Shown in pieces: positions 61,265-64,000 of a stretch of DNA of 64,000 nucleotides. Position numbers and translations under genes: made by a program. The stretch spans positions 6,202,001-6,266,000 of the forward strand of contig NC_086109.1 in NCBI RefSeq assembly GCF_963921235.1. The letters are read 5' to 3'. How positions within the stretch are numbered: position 1 is the first letter of the stretch; each line of letters begins with the position of its first letter. Origin of the DNA: Mobula hypostoma (lineage: Eukaryota). The notes under the pieces were generated by a model, which worked only from the letters and a program-made list of their open reading frames with translations, was not told where the DNA came from and ran no database searches.

Positions 61265-61962
61265 CTGCAACGAAAAAAAGAAACCGAGCCATTTAACTAT
61301 GTCTACTTCTGGTGTTGGGAGCTTGCTGTCTATAATCAATCCCACTTTCCTTAAATTACAATGTCAACCAAAAGTCTTTCAAACTATAAATCCCAGATAA
61401 AGAACGGCAGAGCAACACACACTAAATGCTGGAGGGACTCAAAGTCAGGAAGCAAATATTCACCAACATTATATGTCACGTCAGATGATTTGGGCATCAT
61501 GCTCTTTCCATGACCATGATTGTTCTTGACAAATTTTTCTACAGAGGTGGTTTGCCTTTGCCTTCTTCTGGGCAGTGTCTTTACAAGACTGGTGACCCCA
61601 GTCATTATCAATACTGTTCAGAGATTGTCTGCCTGGTGTCAGTGGTCGCATAAAGAGGACTTGTGATCTGCACCAGCTGCTCATACGACCGTCCACCACC
61701 TGCTCCTGTGGCTTCACGTGACCCTGATCAGGAGGTGCTACACCTTGCCCAAGGGTGACCTGCAGGCTAGTGCAGGGAAGGAGCGCCTAATATGTCCTTT
61801 GGTAGAGATATATCTACACTCCACCGCTCTCCATCTATGGAGGGGAATAAACAGTCGACATTTTGGGCCATGACCCTTCATCCGGACTAATGAAACACAG
61901 GTCTTTCTCAGTTCTATTATACATGGTTGCAGAAAACAACAGCTTGGTAGATCCATTTAAAC

Positions 61963-62043
61963 CAGGGGTTCCCAACCTTTTTTTATGCCATGGACCCCTA
62001 CCATGAACTGAGTTGTCCATGGAGCCCTGGTTCGGAACCCCTG
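61963..62043. mobile_element. 81-bp hAT-type MITE (related remnant at ~16090-16141)
   Basis: TIRs caggggttcccaacc/ggttcggaacccctg; degenerate 8-bp TSD atttaaac/gtttaaat. Confidence 0.75.
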
Positions 62044-63306
62044 GTTTAAATACTGAATCATAAAGCACCAACATAATCAAGGACCTCTCCCACCCGGGCC
62101 ATTCTCTCTTCTCCCACCCCTTCCCATCAGGCAGAAGATACAAAAGCCTGTGAACACACATATCAGACTCAAGGACAGCTTGTAAGACCCTTGAACAGAC
62201 CCTTCATATAATAAAGTCCTGACCACATAATCTACCACACCATGGCCCCTGAACCTCATTGTCTACCTGCACTCTACTTCCTCTATAACTGAAACATCAT
62301 ATTCTGTTTTGTTTTCATACAACTATTCAGCACAGTACAGGCCCTTTGGCCCACAGTGTTGTGCTGACCTTTTAATCTACTCTAGGATCAATCTCCTACA
62401 TAGCCCTCCACACTTCTTTCATCCATGTCTTTCCATTTGTGCCCCCTCGATGTACTTTTGTACTCAGTGCTCTGTCTGGATGGCAAACACAGGGTTCCCA
62501 CTGCATCTTGGTACATGCAACAATTATTTGGTTACCAATAGGTAGGAAAAATTCTTTGTATGCTTAAAGCAATTTAAGTCCATTCACACAGACACAGATC
62601 ATGATTTATGTGCATGTCTGTTATTGCAGTCGAGTACATAGACCAGTACTTTAGCCCACTGTGTTGTGCCAACCTTTCAATCAGCTCTGGGATCTCTAAG
62701 GGGATAACTTCATTTCAATTTCACTTGCCCCATCACTGAACTATTCCCACAACCTATGGTCTCACTTTCAAAGGCTCTTCATCTCATCTTCTTGATATCT
62801 ACTGCTTATTTATTTATCATTATTTTTTCTCTCTTGTATTTGCACCGTTATTTGCACGTTGTTTGTTTGTCCGTCCGTCCCGTTGGGTGCAGTTTTTCAT
62901 TGGTTCTATTATGATTCTTGGATTTACTGAGTATGTCCACAATAAAATGAATCTTAGGGTTGTATACGGTGATATATGTGTATTTTGATTTTCAACTTAC
63001 TTTGATCTTTCATCAATTTAACCAATCCCTCCTACATAGCCCTCTGTTCTTCTTTCATCCATGTGCCTTTCAAAGAGTTCTAAAATATCCCCAATGTATG
63101 TACCTCTATCACCACCCCTGCAGGGTGTTTCACACACCCACCATTCTGTTAAAAAAAAACTAACCCCTATACTTTCCTCCAATCACCTTTAAATTAAGCC
63201 CTCTCATATTAGCCATTTACGTCCTGGGTGAAAATCTCTGGTTATCCATTCAATCTATACCTCTTGTACTCCTTGGTCCTTCTGTTCCACTACAAGCCCT
63301 AGTGCC

Positions 63307-63874
63307 TTCTGTGGCCTCCGTCGGTCAGGGTCGACCGTGGACGTTGCATCTTAGCTGCCCAGATAAACAAACCAGGGCAGTACGATACGGAGAGCAAGCT
63401 GTTGCCCATGTAGCAAGCTCCCCTCTCCACACATCTGATGAGCCCAAAGGAATGGCAGAGACAGATACAGTTTGGAACCAGCAATATCACAGGAGCTGAC
63501 AGTCACAATTAAACTCTAGGGGCTCTAGCTCTGGATTTTTCCCTTGAGGTTTATTCCTGAAGCCCCCCATGAGTGGGTGTAGCCACAAGGCAGCGGAGGT
63601 TTGAGACCAGAGTTTTCCTTCTCCTAGATGAGCTGCCAACCATGGCTAACAAGCTGCATCTGCCCAAAGTGACTGGTTTTAAGACACCAGTAACCCGCCT
63701 TTGCCCCTTCTGTCAGTAGAAACAGTTCTGCTGGGCTTAGTAGCTACGCCACATGAAGGCCAGGGGTATGACTTGGTTGTCCGAGGCTATTTGAGACACA
63801 CGCCATTGGAAGCATTTAATAGGTAGTGGGAGCTTATCCCTGCTACCTTTCCCTGACTATAACAACCTTAGGAT
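63307..63874 (-). mobile_element. 568-bp non-coding retroposon (RTE-type non-autonomous)
   Basis: 10-bp TSD ccctagtgcc (63297-63306, 63875-63884); 3' part homologous to the SINE family at 55190-55490. Confidence 0.75.
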
Positions 63875-64000
63875 CCCTAGTGCCCCAGTGATAGTATAGT
63901 GAATATCAAATGAGTCAAGATGAATAACTTAAGGTGCAAATGAGGAGGAATTTCTTCCGAGATTTGCATGTCTTTGGAAGTAGATCTGAAGCGAGCTATG

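Noticed and set aside
63434..63465. Hammerhead-like CTGATGA-GCC..GGC-AGAGAC
   Set aside because: No GAAA box, and it is antisense to the element's inferred orientation

Overview
Eukaryotic, vertebrate DNA. The repeat content (CR1, Rex/Babar, Penelope-like elements, V-SINE/HE1-like SINEs) suggests a cartilaginous fish such as a ray or shark; this is inference. The main gene is EIF2D (ligatin) on the + strand. Its 14 coding exons (exons 2-15, 2861-51734) were traced by hand with canonical AG/GT sites and consistent phases, totalling 1792 nt; exon 1 lies upstream of the window. A probable terminal exon of an unidentified, convergent - strand gene lies at 60573-61264. Introns and intergenic DNA are mostly nested transposable elements, several with clear target-site duplications (TSDs): hAT, Tc1, solo LTRs, CR1, Rex/Babar, RTE/RTE-X, a HERO-like LINE, Penelope-like elements and tRNA-SINEs. 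There is also a decayed tRNA-Thr(AGT) and a 31-bp GC-rich minisatellite. The most notable hidden layer is catalytic-RNA motifs carried by retroelements: about a dozen minimal hammerhead motifs in Penelope pseudo-LTRs (pLTRs), only one with an intact core, plus a twister-like remnant. Repeat family names come from motif recognition, not database searches, and boundaries without a TSD are approximate.
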